Position numbers and translations under genes: made by a program. From positions 6,272,001-6,336,000 of the forward strand of contig OZ244587.1 of NCBI GenBank assembly GCA_965218095.1: a stretch of DNA of 64,000 bases, in the 5' to 3' direction. The notes below the pieces were generated by a model. The model saw only the letters and a list, made by a program, of their open reading frames with translations, was not told the DNA's origin and searched no databases. This document shows, one piece after another, positions 1 to 9,983 of the stretch (positions are counted from its first letter, which is position 1; each line of letters opens with the position of its first letter). This DNA comes from Candidatus Poribacteria bacterium (GTDB taxonomy: Bacteria; Poribacteria; WGA-4E; PCPOR2b).

Positions 1-733
1 ATCATCGGCAGTGAGTGTCTGCGGTGAAAGTTGTGTCAGAATCTCAGACGCTTTAGCATCTATCGCCCAACTTTCGGAGACCGACGCACGGTGCACAGTT
101 ATCAGTGTTGGGAACGCACCTTGTGTGCAGATAATGTGAAGTCCGTAGCCATAGACCCAGCCATGATAACCACTCTTGCTCCACGTGGCATCGGTGTCGA
201 GGTTGCGTAGATGTTTAGGTACTTTTCCTGCTTTGCGGTCAGTTTGATGCCAGACGGGTCCTCGTGCCTTAAATAAACTTTTGTCGGCTACCAGATGAGC
301 CAAGTTGAATTGTTGGGACAAGTCAGTGGCATACTGACCGATAAACAATACAAATGCCTCTATCACTTCATATAATGCCTTATAGCGACGTGCAATCGTG
401 GTTCGATGAGGGGGCTGTTGCCACCCCAGCATTTGTAACACTTCTGGGTGATTGATTAGCCACCGCCATTGCGTTTTGAAGCCATAGATGCCGTGAAACT
501 GCATCAACATGAAGAAAATGATAAACGAGGTGGTTGAATATGTCAATGGTTTTGCGTGTGTGACACCTGGTTTGTCAATACGGTGTTGCATAAACTGCTC
601 AAAGAGTTGCATAATAAGAGTGACATAATCAGCCAACATTGGTCTTTGTACCATATTGGGGCTCCTTTTGCTATGATAACAATAGGAAACCCTTTTGGCT
701 TGATTATGTCAACTATATTTATGCACACCCCTC
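1..733 (-). mobile_element. Insertion sequence (DDE transposase), partial copy truncated by window start; transposase start at 654
   Basis: Matches 41209..41941 wherever compared (offset 41208); terminal IR TATGCACACCCCTC ends at 733, followed by ATGTAGTT. Confidence 0.93.
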
Positions 734-1077
734 ATGTAGTTGATTGTAAGAGTGGTTTCAGTTCAAATTAGAAAGGCAACATCAATCGCTTATTTCTGGT
801 TGCCAGTATATACAAGAATATGGAGCCAGAAAATTATCGGTGTATTCTCCTGGTAAGGGCACCCGAAAATGAGAATAATCACTATCTTCAAATATTGAAC
901 AAGTCAGGACTCTGGGAAGTCTATTGCGGCACGGAAATCTATCCGAAGGTGTTGGAATATTCTGGCTTTGATTTAGGTGCATGGATGCAAGAAAACATCG
1001 CTTGGACAGATGATGTGACCCTCCAACTCCTAAACCACCTTGAACAAAACAACTTAGTTAGATACTTGACATGGTGA
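734..1077 (+). pseudogene. C-terminal remnant of probable type II restriction endonuclease, cut by IS and carrying a nonsense codon
   Basis: Frame reads VVDCKSGFSSN*KGNINRLFLVASIYKNMEPEN... (TAG 769-771 in frame with ORF 820..1077); D-x-K nuclease-like motif; overlaps start of the m6A methyltransferase. Confidence 0.6.
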
Positions 1078-2612
1078 TTCCAAGACCCCAACGGTATAAA
1101 GATACGCTTCAGGCTCACTATACCGCTTCGCCCGATATTGTTTCATATATGGTTTCTCGGCTTAAACCAACCGAAGCTGATTCTATATGGGAACCTTGTG
1201 CAGGAGCTGGCCACTTGATAGATGGAATCATTCAGTTAGTTCCAAATTCGCAAATTCGAGCGTCTGAGTTTGATCAGCAAGCATCGGCAACTCTCAGGGG
1301 AAAATACAAGAGATTCCAAAACATTGAAGTCGTACACGAGGATGCGCTTGAACTCGGTCATACCTCCTTATTTGAGCCAGAAATCAGTTTCACCTGCATA
1401 ATCGCGAATCCGCCGTATGGGGCCTATCAATCTCATCAGAGAAAAACAGTTCTCAAGAAGCAATATCCAGGGCTCTATGTACGTGATACCTATGGTGTTA
1501 TCCTTTATCACTGCTTTCGTTTGCTACAATCTGAAGGACGTTTGGTGTTCATTATCCCGGATACGTTTCTATGGCTTCACCGCCACGATTTTCTGCGCAG
1601 GACTTTACTCAGTGAATCAACCATCGAAGAGATTGTATTGTTCCCATCGAAGTTCTTTCCAGGAATCAGTTTTAGATATTCTGGGCTATGTATTATCTCT
1701 TTAATCAAGCGGTTTCCTCAAAAAACACATCGAATACGAATAATTGAGAACCTCGCGGATGAACATATTTTGATGGAACTTGCTCTGGGGTATGAGCGAC
1801 AAGCACGGTGTTTAATCACAAATGTTCGGCAGAAGGAGATCTTGTCACGTTCCCATGTGGAACTTGTAAGACCATCGCAGAACGGTAGGATTATGCTCAG
1901 TAGCGAGGCCAACCTGGCTTTGGGCGACGTTGCTGAAGTTCGCACGGGCTTTTACTCAGGCAACGACCGTCACTGGGTACGACGCGCTAACGCTGATGTG
2001 CCGCGCTCAAAATCTTTTGAAGATGTGCACCCGGACAGGGTTTCCGCGCTCACAAAACCGCCGCTTTGTGGTATTGATGTGCCGCGCTGTTTCATTCCGA
2101 TATTACGAGGCGGAGCGGCTCGCTTCGTAAGACAGACGCAATGGTACGTTGATTGGAGCATACATGCCGTTTCTGAATATCGAAAACCGGGGGAAAACCC
2201 GGCTCGGTTTCAGAATTCCCAGTACTATTTTTCGCAGGGAATTGGCGTTCCAATGGTTGCTTCAGCACGGCTCACGGCGGCGTTACTTGAGTATCGACTG
2301 TTTGATCAAGGTATCGTTGGTATTTTCCCCAAAGATGAACGACTCCTGATGTACCTTCTCGGATTCTTAAATACCGAACTTGCAACGAAACAGTTTCGTC
2401 AGATTAACCCGACGGTCAACAATTCAGCAAACTACTTGAAACGCATGCCTATTGTGAGTCCGACCGATTCAGAACTGAAACAGTGTAACAACTCCGTATC
2501 TAAGGCAATAAAAGAATCTCGAAAATATGGAGATGTGTCGGAAGCAACACTGAGCGAAATAGAAAATGTTTATTACAAAATATGGTGTAAGCGAGAAAGA
2601 TCTCAAACTTGA
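1071..2612 (+). CDS. N6-adenine DNA methyltransferase, gamma class (Eco57I/TaqI-like)
   Basis: Motif X/I YTASPDIV..WEPCAGAG, motif IV IIANPPY, LVFIIPDTFL; C-terminal TRD-like region with LLGFLN. Confidence 0.9.
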   Translation: MVIPRPQRYKDTLQAHYTASPDIVSYMVSRLKPTEADSIWEPCAGAGHLIDGIIQLVPNSQIRASEFDQQASATLRGKYKRFQNIEVVHEDALELGHTSLFEPEISFTCIIANPPYGAYQSHQRKTVLKKQYPGLYVRDTYGVILYHCFRLLQSEGRLVFIIPDTFLWLHRHDFLRRTLLSESTIEEIVLFPSKFFPGISFRYSGLCIISLIKRFPQKTHRIRIIENLADEHILMELALGYERQARCLITNVRQKEILSRSHVELVRPSQNGRIMLSSEANLALGDVAEVRTGFYSGNDRHWVRRANADVPRSKSFEDVHPDRVSALTKPPLCGIDVPRCFIPILRGGAARFVRQTQWYVDWSIHAVSEYRKPGENPARFQNSQYYFSQGIGVPMVASARLTAALLEYRLFDQGIVGIFPKDERLLMYLLGFLNTELATKQFRQINPTVNNSANYLKRMPIVSPTDSELKQCNNSVSKAIKESRKYGDVSEATLSEIENVYYKIWCKRERSQT

Positions 2613-2636
2613 ACAGCATCAAGCGAGTGTATAACC

Positions 2637-4241
2637 ATGAATACATCCCCGACCCAAACAAGCCGTAACTTTGACGCTTGGCAGAAGCCTCTATTGCGTT
2701 ATCTGCTCCAAGAGACGAATACCTTCGTCACTTGTGTGGAATTGGTGACCTCGCGCGGCATTATCACTGAGCGCAATGGGCGACGGGTACTGGAACTCGC
2801 ACGCAAACTGACCGAACACCCGCATATCCACGCCTTGAGCATCACCGACAATCCGGGTGGAAATGCGATGCTGAGTCCGGATATCCTGGGGACAGATCTC
2901 ATCTCCCGTGGGCAGGAGGTCATCATCCACCTCTCCTGCAAAGACTGGAACCGCAACGCCCTTCAGAGTCGTGGATGGCAGCTTGCCAGCGAAGGATTCA
3001 ACAACGTGCTGGCGTTGTCGGGCGACTACCCCGTCAGCGGTTACGAAGGACAGGCGGGCGCGGTATTTGACATTGACTCGGTTGGGCTTCTGAAGATGTT
3101 CTCCGACATGAACGCCGGTATGCAGGTTGAGGTCGGGAAGAAAGCGGAGACTTTGAAGTCCACCCGTTTCTTTCTGGGCGCGGTGGTCAACAACCACAAA
3201 CGCTATGAACGCGAGGTGATGCCGCAGTATTTCAAGTTGGCGAAAAAGATCGAGAATGGCGCGGCGTTTATCATCAACCAGATCGGCTACGATTCGCGCA
3301 AGCAGGACGAGTTGGTCAAGTATATGGCGATGCACAATCTAAACGTACCGGTGCTTGGCAACGTCTATGTCCTGAGCCGGACTGCAGCGCGTTATTTTAA
3401 CAGGGGGAATATCCCCGGCGTCACTGTGACCGACGAGTTGCTCGATCTGGTTGAGAAACAGGCGCGGTCGAAAGACAAGGGCAAAGTGTTCTTCCTGGAG
3501 TTTGCCGCCAAGCAGTGCGCAATAGCGAAGGGGCTAGGCTATCGCGGCGTCTACTTGGGCGGACATCTGAGATACCGTGACTACGAGAAAATCCTGAAGC
3601 TGACGGAACGTTTTGGCGAGGATGACTGGAAAGACTTCGCGGCGGAGATCTGCTTCTGCTACCCCGACGAATTTTTCTTCTTTGAACCGGAGGCGGAGAC
3701 GAGGCTCAGTTCAACGCAGATTAATCGAGATTATCTTTTTTCAAAACGCCCACAAGCCTTGAAGGCAGCCAGGCAGGAAATCCCCTTGAGCTATAAAATT
3801 AACCGTGTCGTCCACGATAAGTTCTTTGAAGCGGGGGGCCTGGGGTTCAAAATTGGAGAGCGATTCTCTCAGACGGTCGAAGACGCTGGCGAAGGCGTCC
3901 AGAAAGCCGCTCACGGTTTGGAGCAGGCGGTTAAAATTGCGACATTCGATTGTCAGGACTGCGGCGACTGCTCGTTGCCGGATATCGCGTTTCTCTGTCC
4001 TGAGTCTCAGTGTGTGAAGAACCAGCGCAACGGTCCCTGCGGCGGCACCCGTCAGGGAAAGTGCGAGGTGGGGGAGAAGGACTGCATCTGGGCGCGGGCT
4101 TATGACCGCCTCAAAGCCTACGGCGAAGAGGAGAAGATGCTGGAAGGCCCAGTCATCTTCAAGAATGGCGCGTTGAAAGGCACCAGCGCCTGGGCAAATA
4201 CTTTTCTGAAGCGAGACCATCATGCTCAGAAAAAATCGTAA
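2637..4241 (+). CDS. metF: Methylenetetrahydrofolate reductase with fused C-terminal Cys-rich MetV (MTHFR_C) domain
   Basis: MTHFR motifs ITDNPGG, IHLSCKDWN, LALSGDYP, KKIENGAAFIINQ; C-terminal CQDCGDC..CPESQCVKNQRNGPCGG..CEV..CIW. Confidence 0.88.
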   Translation: MNTSPTQTSRNFDAWQKPLLRYLLQETNTFVTCVELVTSRGIITERNGRRVLELARKLTEHPHIHALSITDNPGGNAMLSPDILGTDLISRGQEVIIHLSCKDWNRNALQSRGWQLASEGFNNVLALSGDYPVSGYEGQAGAVFDIDSVGLLKMFSDMNAGMQVEVGKKAETLKSTRFFLGAVVNNHKRYEREVMPQYFKLAKKIENGAAFIINQIGYDSRKQDELVKYMAMHNLNVPVLGNVYVLSRTAARYFNRGNIPGVTVTDELLDLVEKQARSKDKGKVFFLEFAAKQCAIAKGLGYRGVYLGGHLRYRDYEKILKLTERFGEDDWKDFAAEICFCYPDEFFFFEPEAETRLSSTQINRDYLFSKRPQALKAARQEIPLSYKINRVVHDKFFEAGGLGFKIGERFSQTVEDAGEGVQKAAHGLEQAVKIATFDCQDCGDCSLPDIAFLCPESQCVKNQRNGPCGGTRQGKCEVGEKDCIWARAYDRLKAYGEEEKMLEGPVIFKNGALKGTSAWANTFLKRDHHAQKKS

Positions 4242-4319
4242 CGTAAAGCGTAAAAGGAGATTCGGTCTCTTTTCTTCTTATACCGTTTCTGAATAATTTG
4301 CCGCACGATTCGGACAGAA

Positions 4320-4460
4320 AGCGCAGAGACAATGAGAAAGTGAGAGGGGGAGAAAGTGAGGGAAGAAGAGACAATAGGAAAGTGAGAAAAGACAAAGACA
4401 GGGAGTTGCTTCTTCTGCTTTTGCTCACTTTCATACCTGCTCACTCGTTCCCTCGTTTCA
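4320..4460. repeat. Degenerate short tandem purine-rich repeats (GAGAAAGT-like) followed by complementary pyrimidine-rich repeats
   Basis: gagaaagt gagagggg gagaaagt gagggaag ... then ctcactttc/ctcactcg; imperfect fold-back in the metF intergenic region. Confidence 0.5.
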
Positions 4461-4517
4461 ACAACGCGTTACTCTTTATCAAAATTGGTATTACGTTTTA
4501 CGCATGAGGAGTTGAAG

Positions 4518-5555
4518 ATGAAACTAAACGGTCGAGATTTTATCATTATTGGCGAGAATGTCCATACGACTCGCGTGGTACGTCGAAAAGGAAAACTGGT
4601 TACGAACAACCCTGAAGGGGTTGAATCTGTCCGCTACTTGGACACAAACAAAAAACGTTGCTATCTTGTCATCCCCGAATCTATCAAAAAATCCCAGGAG
4701 TATGAGGAGGGGCGCGTCAAACACGTCATCATCGCTGTTCAGGGGGCGATGTCGGGTGAAGAACCCCACGCCAGCGAAGGTCTGGAATACATACGCAAAA
4801 TCGTCCAACGGCAGGTTGATGCCAACACTGATTTTCTTGATGTGAACGTGGATGAAATTTCGTGGCGCCTTGCGGAGCAGAAGGAAGCGATGCACTGGCT
4901 AGTACAAACTGTCCAGCAGATGACCGATACGCCTTTGTCGGTCGATTCATCCAACACAGAGATTATCGCGGCGGGGCTTGAAGTGTATGATAATCGCGTC
5001 GGGCGGGCGTTGCTGAACTCCGCCTCGCTGGAGCGTCTGGAGGCACTGGATTTGGCCAAACAGTACGATACCAAGGTTATGGTGACAGCAGCCAGCGAAT
5101 CCGGCATGCCACAGACTCCTGAAGAACGAGTCGACAACGCCTCACGCATCATCAATGCTGCTCAGGACAAGGGGATTGCGATTGAAGATATCTTTGTTGA
5201 CCCCCTGTTCTTCCCGATTGGTGTGGATACGGAGAATGGCAACCACGCCTTTGAGGCCATCCGGCGGCTTCGTGATAAGTATGGTCCCAACATCCATATC
5301 AGCGGTGGATTCAGCAATGTCTCCTTCCAGATGCCATGCCGCCGTCTGATTAACGATGTGTTTATGCTTTTGGCGATTGAAGCCGGCACGGATAGCGGAA
5401 TTATCGACCCGGTGACCAGCAATCCGCAAAAGGTCTTCGCTATCGATCGAGATTCCAGATCCTATCGGCTAACTGAGGACGTGTTGCTAGGTAAAGATCG
5501 TTTTTGCCGGAAGTTTCTGCGTGCCTACCGCAAGGGGGAATTGGAGGTTAGCTGA
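4518..5555 (+). CDS. Pterin-binding methyltransferase (methyl-THF:corrinoid methyltransferase; AcsE / MetH folate-domain-like)
   Basis: IIIGEN, FLDVNV, PLSVDSSN, LLNSAS, IFVDPL, GFSNVSF motifs; RBS GAGGAG before ATG 4518. Confidence 0.85.
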   Translation: MKLNGRDFIIIGENVHTTRVVRRKGKLVTNNPEGVESVRYLDTNKKRCYLVIPESIKKSQEYEEGRVKHVIIAVQGAMSGEEPHASEGLEYIRKIVQRQVDANTDFLDVNVDEISWRLAEQKEAMHWLVQTVQQMTDTPLSVDSSNTEIIAAGLEVYDNRVGRALLNSASLERLEALDLAKQYDTKVMVTAASESGMPQTPEERVDNASRIINAAQDKGIAIEDIFVDPLFFPIGVDTENGNHAFEAIRRLRDKYGPNIHISGGFSNVSFQMPCRRLINDVFMLLAIEAGTDSGIIDPVTSNPQKVFAIDRDSRSYRLTEDVLLGKDRFCRKFLRAYRKGELEVS

Positions 5556-5557
5556 CA

Positions 5558-5836
5558 ATGGCAATCTATCAAATCCTGTACTGGAAAGATATTCCCGCTC
5601 AGATCAGAGTCTTTGAAGGCAGAAAGCCAATCTCGCGACAAATGCCCGACCGTTTTCAGGTCGCCATCGATCGCATGGCGATGGAAGAGGGTTTAGCCGG
5701 AAGCGACGATTATCTGGATGAATGGCAATGGACCAAAAAAATGGAACGCCCCGGCGATCCGGAGGAAGTTCTGAGCGCACTCTTACAGGAGCTTGAGACG
5801 GAATACGATGATAAGGTACGAAAACGAAAGGGATAA
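5558..5836 (+). CDS. Virulence-factor (CvfA-like) domain small protein, typical of MTHFR/methyltransferase clusters
   Basis: ILYWKDIPAQ...RFQVAIDRMAM..G..GSDDYLDEW signature. Confidence 0.75.
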   Translation: MAIYQILYWKDIPAQIRVFEGRKPISRQMPDRFQVAIDRMAMEEGLAGSDDYLDEWQWTKKMERPGDPEEVLSALLQELETEYDDKVRKRKG

Positions 5837-5874
5837 TCTTGTTCTCGCCAAACGTGACCTGTTTTTACCGGATG

Positions 5875-5911
5875 AAAAAGCCGAATCCCAATGGAGGGCT
5901 TCGGCTTTTTT
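5875..5911 (+). terminator. Intrinsic terminator
   Basis: AAAAAGCCGAA-TCCC...GGGC-TTCGGCTTTTTT hairpin with T tract. Confidence 0.7.
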
Positions 5912-5955
5912 GATGAATAGACCTAAGCTCAAGGGTACAATAGAAAGGAATTCTC

Positions 5956-7017
5956 ATGCCCACGTTCCAACCCGATACCCTCCGGCAAATTGGCTACGAA
6001 CTCTTTGAAGCCACCGGTTGCACACCGGAAGACACCCGAGCAGTGGTTGATCACCTGATCGAATCCAATCTCTTTGGACACGACTCCCACGGTGCCATCC
6101 GGTTCTACGAATACGCCCGTGCGATTCGGGATGGCCGGTTTCAGTCCTGCGCCACGCCCGAGGTCGTGAGCGACAACCCCTGCGCCGCGGTAGTAGACGC
6201 CCACGGCGCTTTGGGACAGGTCGGAGCGACTTTTGCGATAAAGGTTGCGATTGAAAAGGCACAGCAACACGGCACCGGCGCCGTGGCATTGCGAAATACG
6301 AGTCATATCGGCCGTGCGGGAGCCTATCCCTTGATGGCGGCTCGGAATGAGATGATAGGACTTGCCTTCGTCAACGCCGGGCATCTCGGCTACCAGATTG
6401 CACCCTTCGGCGGCATTGACGGTCGCCTCAGTACAAACCCGATCGCGTTTTCTGCCCCGCGCCGTAACGGTGACCCAATCTTAGTCGATATGACCACCTC
6501 CGTGGTTGCTGAAGGCAAGATCCGGGTTGCTATCAACCAGGGGGCGCAGGTGCCTGAGGGCTGGATCATCGATTCGCAGGGCAACCCCACGACGGATCCG
6601 AACGACTTTAAGGGGCATCCACCGGGGGCAATCCTTCCAATGGGCGGTGTTGTGGCGCACAAAGGTTACGGACTTAGCTTTGTGGTGGAACTCCTGGCCG
6701 GAACTCTCAGTGGTCAGGGGTGTGCTGCCGGCGAGCGCACAATGGTCAGCAACGGTGTGCTCTTCACGGTCTATAACATCACGCACTTCACAGATCTCGA
6801 CGCCTACTACGACGAGGTAGGGTCCTTCATCCGGCACGTCAAATCCAGCCGCCTCGCCCCTGGGTTTCAGGAGATTCTGAGTCCCGGTGAACCCGAGTTC
6901 CGCAACGCCTTGCGAAAGAAGGTCGAGGGTATTGAGATTGATGAGACAACTTGGGCATCTATCTGTGAGGAGGCACGTGCCTTCGGTCTCGACCCGGAGC
7001 GTTGGACGACGGAGTAG
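5956..7017 (+). CDS. Ldh_2 family (malate/L-lactate/sulfolactate-type) oxidoreductase
   Basis: GHDSHG, SHIGRAG, LSTNPIAF, DMTTSVVAEGK, GWIID, HKGYGL, PGEPE. Confidence 0.9.
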   Translation: MPTFQPDTLRQIGYELFEATGCTPEDTRAVVDHLIESNLFGHDSHGAIRFYEYARAIRDGRFQSCATPEVVSDNPCAAVVDAHGALGQVGATFAIKVAIEKAQQHGTGAVALRNTSHIGRAGAYPLMAARNEMIGLAFVNAGHLGYQIAPFGGIDGRLSTNPIAFSAPRRNGDPILVDMTTSVVAEGKIRVAINQGAQVPEGWIIDSQGNPTTDPNDFKGHPPGAILPMGGVVAHKGYGLSFVVELLAGTLSGQGCAAGERTMVSNGVLFTVYNITHFTDLDAYYDEVGSFIRHVKSSRLAPGFQEILSPGEPEFRNALRKKVEGIEIDETTWASICEEARAFGLDPERWTTE

Positions 7018-7107
7018 AAATTCCCCTCGCTGGATTCGATAGATCTAGCAAGAAAGGAGTGAATCGAAGTAGGATGAAAACTTTTTTGAAACGTCAGAGG
7101 ATTTTAG

Positions 7108-8106
7108 ATGAAGACATTCTTGGATAGATTGAAAGAGCCCACCCCAATGATTTATGACGGTGGGTTTGGCTCACAATTATTTACTGTGGGCATCGCGTTG
7201 ACAAACAGCGCCCTTGCAAACGAATTGCACCCGGAAACTATCATCGACATTCATTCGGCTTACATTGAAGCGGGCGCTGACGCAATCGGAACGAACACAT
7301 TTGTCGCTTCTCCCCTGCACCTCGAAATGGCAGGAAAAAATGCATCCGAAGCTGAGAAGATTGCAAGGCAGGCTGTGACACATGCGAAAGCAGCCGTTGA
7401 AAAAAGCGGCAAGGAAGTATATATCGCGGGTTCAATTGGGCCATCGCCCGGTGCGATTGAAGCCGACAGCGGCGGCGTCGATTTTGGAATTCCGAATGCA
7501 GTTGTTAGAGATGCTCATGAACGGGTAATGAATGCCCTGGCAGAACGAGGGATTGACTTTTTTTGTATTGAAACCATGTTCTCCGCAAAGGAGGCGGCAA
7601 TCGCTGTTGATGTCGCAAGAAAAACGGGGCTTCCAGTTGCCGTGAATATGACGTACAAGTATACAAAGGATCGGCACACCGGAAAGGTAATATACAAAAC
7701 GGATTGGGGGCATTCGGCTGCATCTTTATTAGAAATCTTATCCGAAGGCGAATTTTCCAACGGAGACAATCTGATCGATGACGTTCACATCTTAGGTCTG
7801 AATTGTGGCGCAGAATCAAGGCGGGATGAACACACTGGAATGCCTTATGCGATAAACGGAATCCGGCAGTTGCGTGAAGCGATGGAAGAGATGGGAGTTA
7901 ATTCTAAACGGATGATGGCTTATCCCAATGCGGGTATGGCGCGTTTAGACGAAAATCAACGGACATATTGGCCCCAAGTGCCAGAGGAGATGTCCCCTTA
8001 CCTACCAGAGTTGATCAAGGAGGGGACTTATCTGATCGGTGGCTGTTGTGGTACAAACCCCGCGCACGTCAAGGCGTTTCGAGAAACTTTATCTCAGCTA
8101 GGATGA
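7108..8106 (+). CDS. Homocysteine S-methyltransferase family protein (stand-alone MetH Hcy-binding domain)
   Basis: YDGGFGSQL, YIEAGAD..TNTF, IAGSIGP, IETM, GLNCG, YPNAG, IGGCCGT Zn ligands. Confidence 0.9.
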   Translation: MKTFLDRLKEPTPMIYDGGFGSQLFTVGIALTNSALANELHPETIIDIHSAYIEAGADAIGTNTFVASPLHLEMAGKNASEAEKIARQAVTHAKAAVEKSGKEVYIAGSIGPSPGAIEADSGGVDFGIPNAVVRDAHERVMNALAERGIDFFCIETMFSAKEAAIAVDVARKTGLPVAVNMTYKYTKDRHTGKVIYKTDWGHSAASLLEILSEGEFSNGDNLIDDVHILGLNCGAESRRDEHTGMPYAINGIRQLREAMEEMGVNSKRMMAYPNAGMARLDENQRTYWPQVPEEMSPYLPELIKEGTYLIGGCCGTNPAHVKAFRETLSQLG

Positions 8107-8648
8107 ACAGGTCCGGATGTTGATCAACGAGGCGAGTACCAAAAATTTCACATCGTAGTTCGAGAGTGTTTACTTATGGATAGTTTTATGGTATCGGTGT
8201 CTCTGATTAGTTACAGATTTATCAAAACGGATTTGAAGGCGAATCATTCTTCAACAACAATGGATCAAAAGGCAATGTTCCCTTCTAAGTAAATGCAACC
8301 TACCCAAACCGAGAAAAGATGAAAACACTACTCCCTTGAACCGGGCGTGAAATGGAGAAGTGGAGTCCCTCAATGACTTTAGATAAACTATTAGGACAAT
8401 GCGAATCGCCAATAGAAGGCCGTCTACTACAGAATCTATATCCTTCTCTCGCACCCCATGAGCGTGAGGACTTGGTCGCACAATACTATATTGACAGTGT
8501 AAGTGTACGGACACGACTTGATTTTGCATTCTTAAAGGGAAAAGTGGCAATCTATTGTGATGGATATGATATAATGGTCCCCAATATTCGGGCCAGGAGT
8601 TAAGTAAGAAATAACGTCTAACTCCCGTCCACCAATGGAGGTCTGAAT

Positions 8649-8939
8649 ATGTCAACCAAACGGATTCGGCATACTGCCAAATTCAAGTTTCAAATAGCCG
8701 TTGAAGCCATCAAGCCCGATAAAACTATCAACCAATTGGCAAGCGAGCATCAGTTGCACCCAAGCCAAATCAGCCAATGGAAGAAACAGTTGCTTGAACA
8801 AGGTAGCGATATTTTCGCTACCAACCCGACCCAGCGACAGCGTGAGCAAAATGACAGGGAGTCGAGCCTGTATGAGCAAATGGGGCGGTTGAATATGGAA
8901 CTCGACTGGTTGAAAAAAAAAGCTGCCTCAAGCCGCTGA
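8649..8939 (+). CDS. IS3 transposase OrfA (HTH)
   Basis: HTAKFKFQIAVEAI..TINQLASEHQLHPSQISQWKKQ. Confidence 0.9.
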   Translation: MSTKRIRHTAKFKFQIAVEAIKPDKTINQLASEHQLHPSQISQWKKQLLEQGSDIFATNPTQRQREQNDRESSLYEQMGRLNMELDWLKKKAASSR

Positions 8940-9000
8940 ACAGAGACGGGCACTCGTTGAACCCGACCACCTGAAACTGAGTATCCGTCGTCAGTGTGAA

Positions 9001-9750
9001 TTGCTCGGTTTTTCCCGGTCAACCCTCTACTGTCAACCGGCTACAGAGTCAGCAGACAATCTGCATCTGATGAGACAAATAGATGAGCACTATCTGCAAA
9101 CCCCTTTCTATGGGAGTCGTCGAATGACACAACATCTTAAGCGGCTTGGCTACCGTGTGAACCGCAAACGCATCCAGCGACTGATGCGTTTGATGGGTAT
9201 AGAAGCGATTTATCCCAAACCCTCAGCCATCAACAGCGAGCATCGGATTTACCCATACCTATTACGGGACTATGAGGTGACCGCTGCCAATGAGGTCTGG
9301 TCGGCTGACATTACCTATATCCCGATGGATAAAGGGTTTATGTATCTGGTGGCGATACTCGACTGGTATAGTCGTTACGTCATCACTTGGGAGTTATCCA
9401 ATAGTCTATCAGGGCAGTTCTGTCTCGACGCTTTGCATCACGCATTATCTGGGGCAACCCCCATCATCTTCAATACTGACCAAGGTGTCCAGTTTACAGC
9501 CAATGCTTTCACCGATACGGTCGAAGCCGCTAGTATTGCTATGAGTATGGACAGCGTGGGGAGAGCCATTGACAACATTTACATTGAGCGGTTTTGGCGA
9601 AGCGTCAAGTATGAAGATGTTTATCACAAACTTTACCAAACAGGGCAAGCCCTGTTTGATGGATTAACTCAATATATCCGTTTCTATAATCAACAGCGAC
9701 CTCACCAGAGTCTAAATTATGCTACCCCGGCTGAGGTCTATCTGAGCTAA
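9001..9750 (+). CDS. IS3 transposase OrfB (DDE), expressed by -1 frameshift
   Basis: YGSRRM, WSADITYI, NTDQGVQF, DNIYIERFWRSVKYE, RPHQSL. Confidence 0.9.
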   Translation: MLGFSRSTLYCQPATESADNLHLMRQIDEHYLQTPFYGSRRMTQHLKRLGYRVNRKRIQRLMRLMGIEAIYPKPSAINSEHRIYPYLLRDYEVTAANEVWSADITYIPMDKGFMYLVAILDWYSRYVITWELSNSLSGQFCLDALHHALSGATPIIFNTDQGVQFTANAFTDTVEAASIAMSMDSVGRAIDNIYIERFWRSVKYEDVYHKLYQTGQALFDGLTQYIRFYNQQRPHQSLNYATPAEVYLS

Positions 9751-9983
9751 AGCAGTGTCAGTTTATCTCAAATATCTTACTTATTTTTCCTGTATTTTGG
9801 CCTCGACAATGGGTCCACTTTATGAGTATCACTCAGACAAAGAAGCGTTTCGTGTGGATCGAGAACAGTCAAGGGAGTTACAGTTACTGGGTTGGGTTGT
9901 ATTAAGATTCACAGGAAGTGAAATTAACTCCGATATTGATACCGTTGTTGACACTATTCAGCGAGCAATCAAGAAACAAGCCA

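Larger units (their letters stand above)
8570..9822 (+). mobile_element. IS3-family insertion sequence
   Basis: Imperfect TIRs TATAATGGTCCCCAATATTCGGGCCA / TGGCCTCGACAATGGGTCCACTTTA; 3-bp DR TGA; orfA/orfB with A9G slippery site at 8913-8922. Confidence 0.92.
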
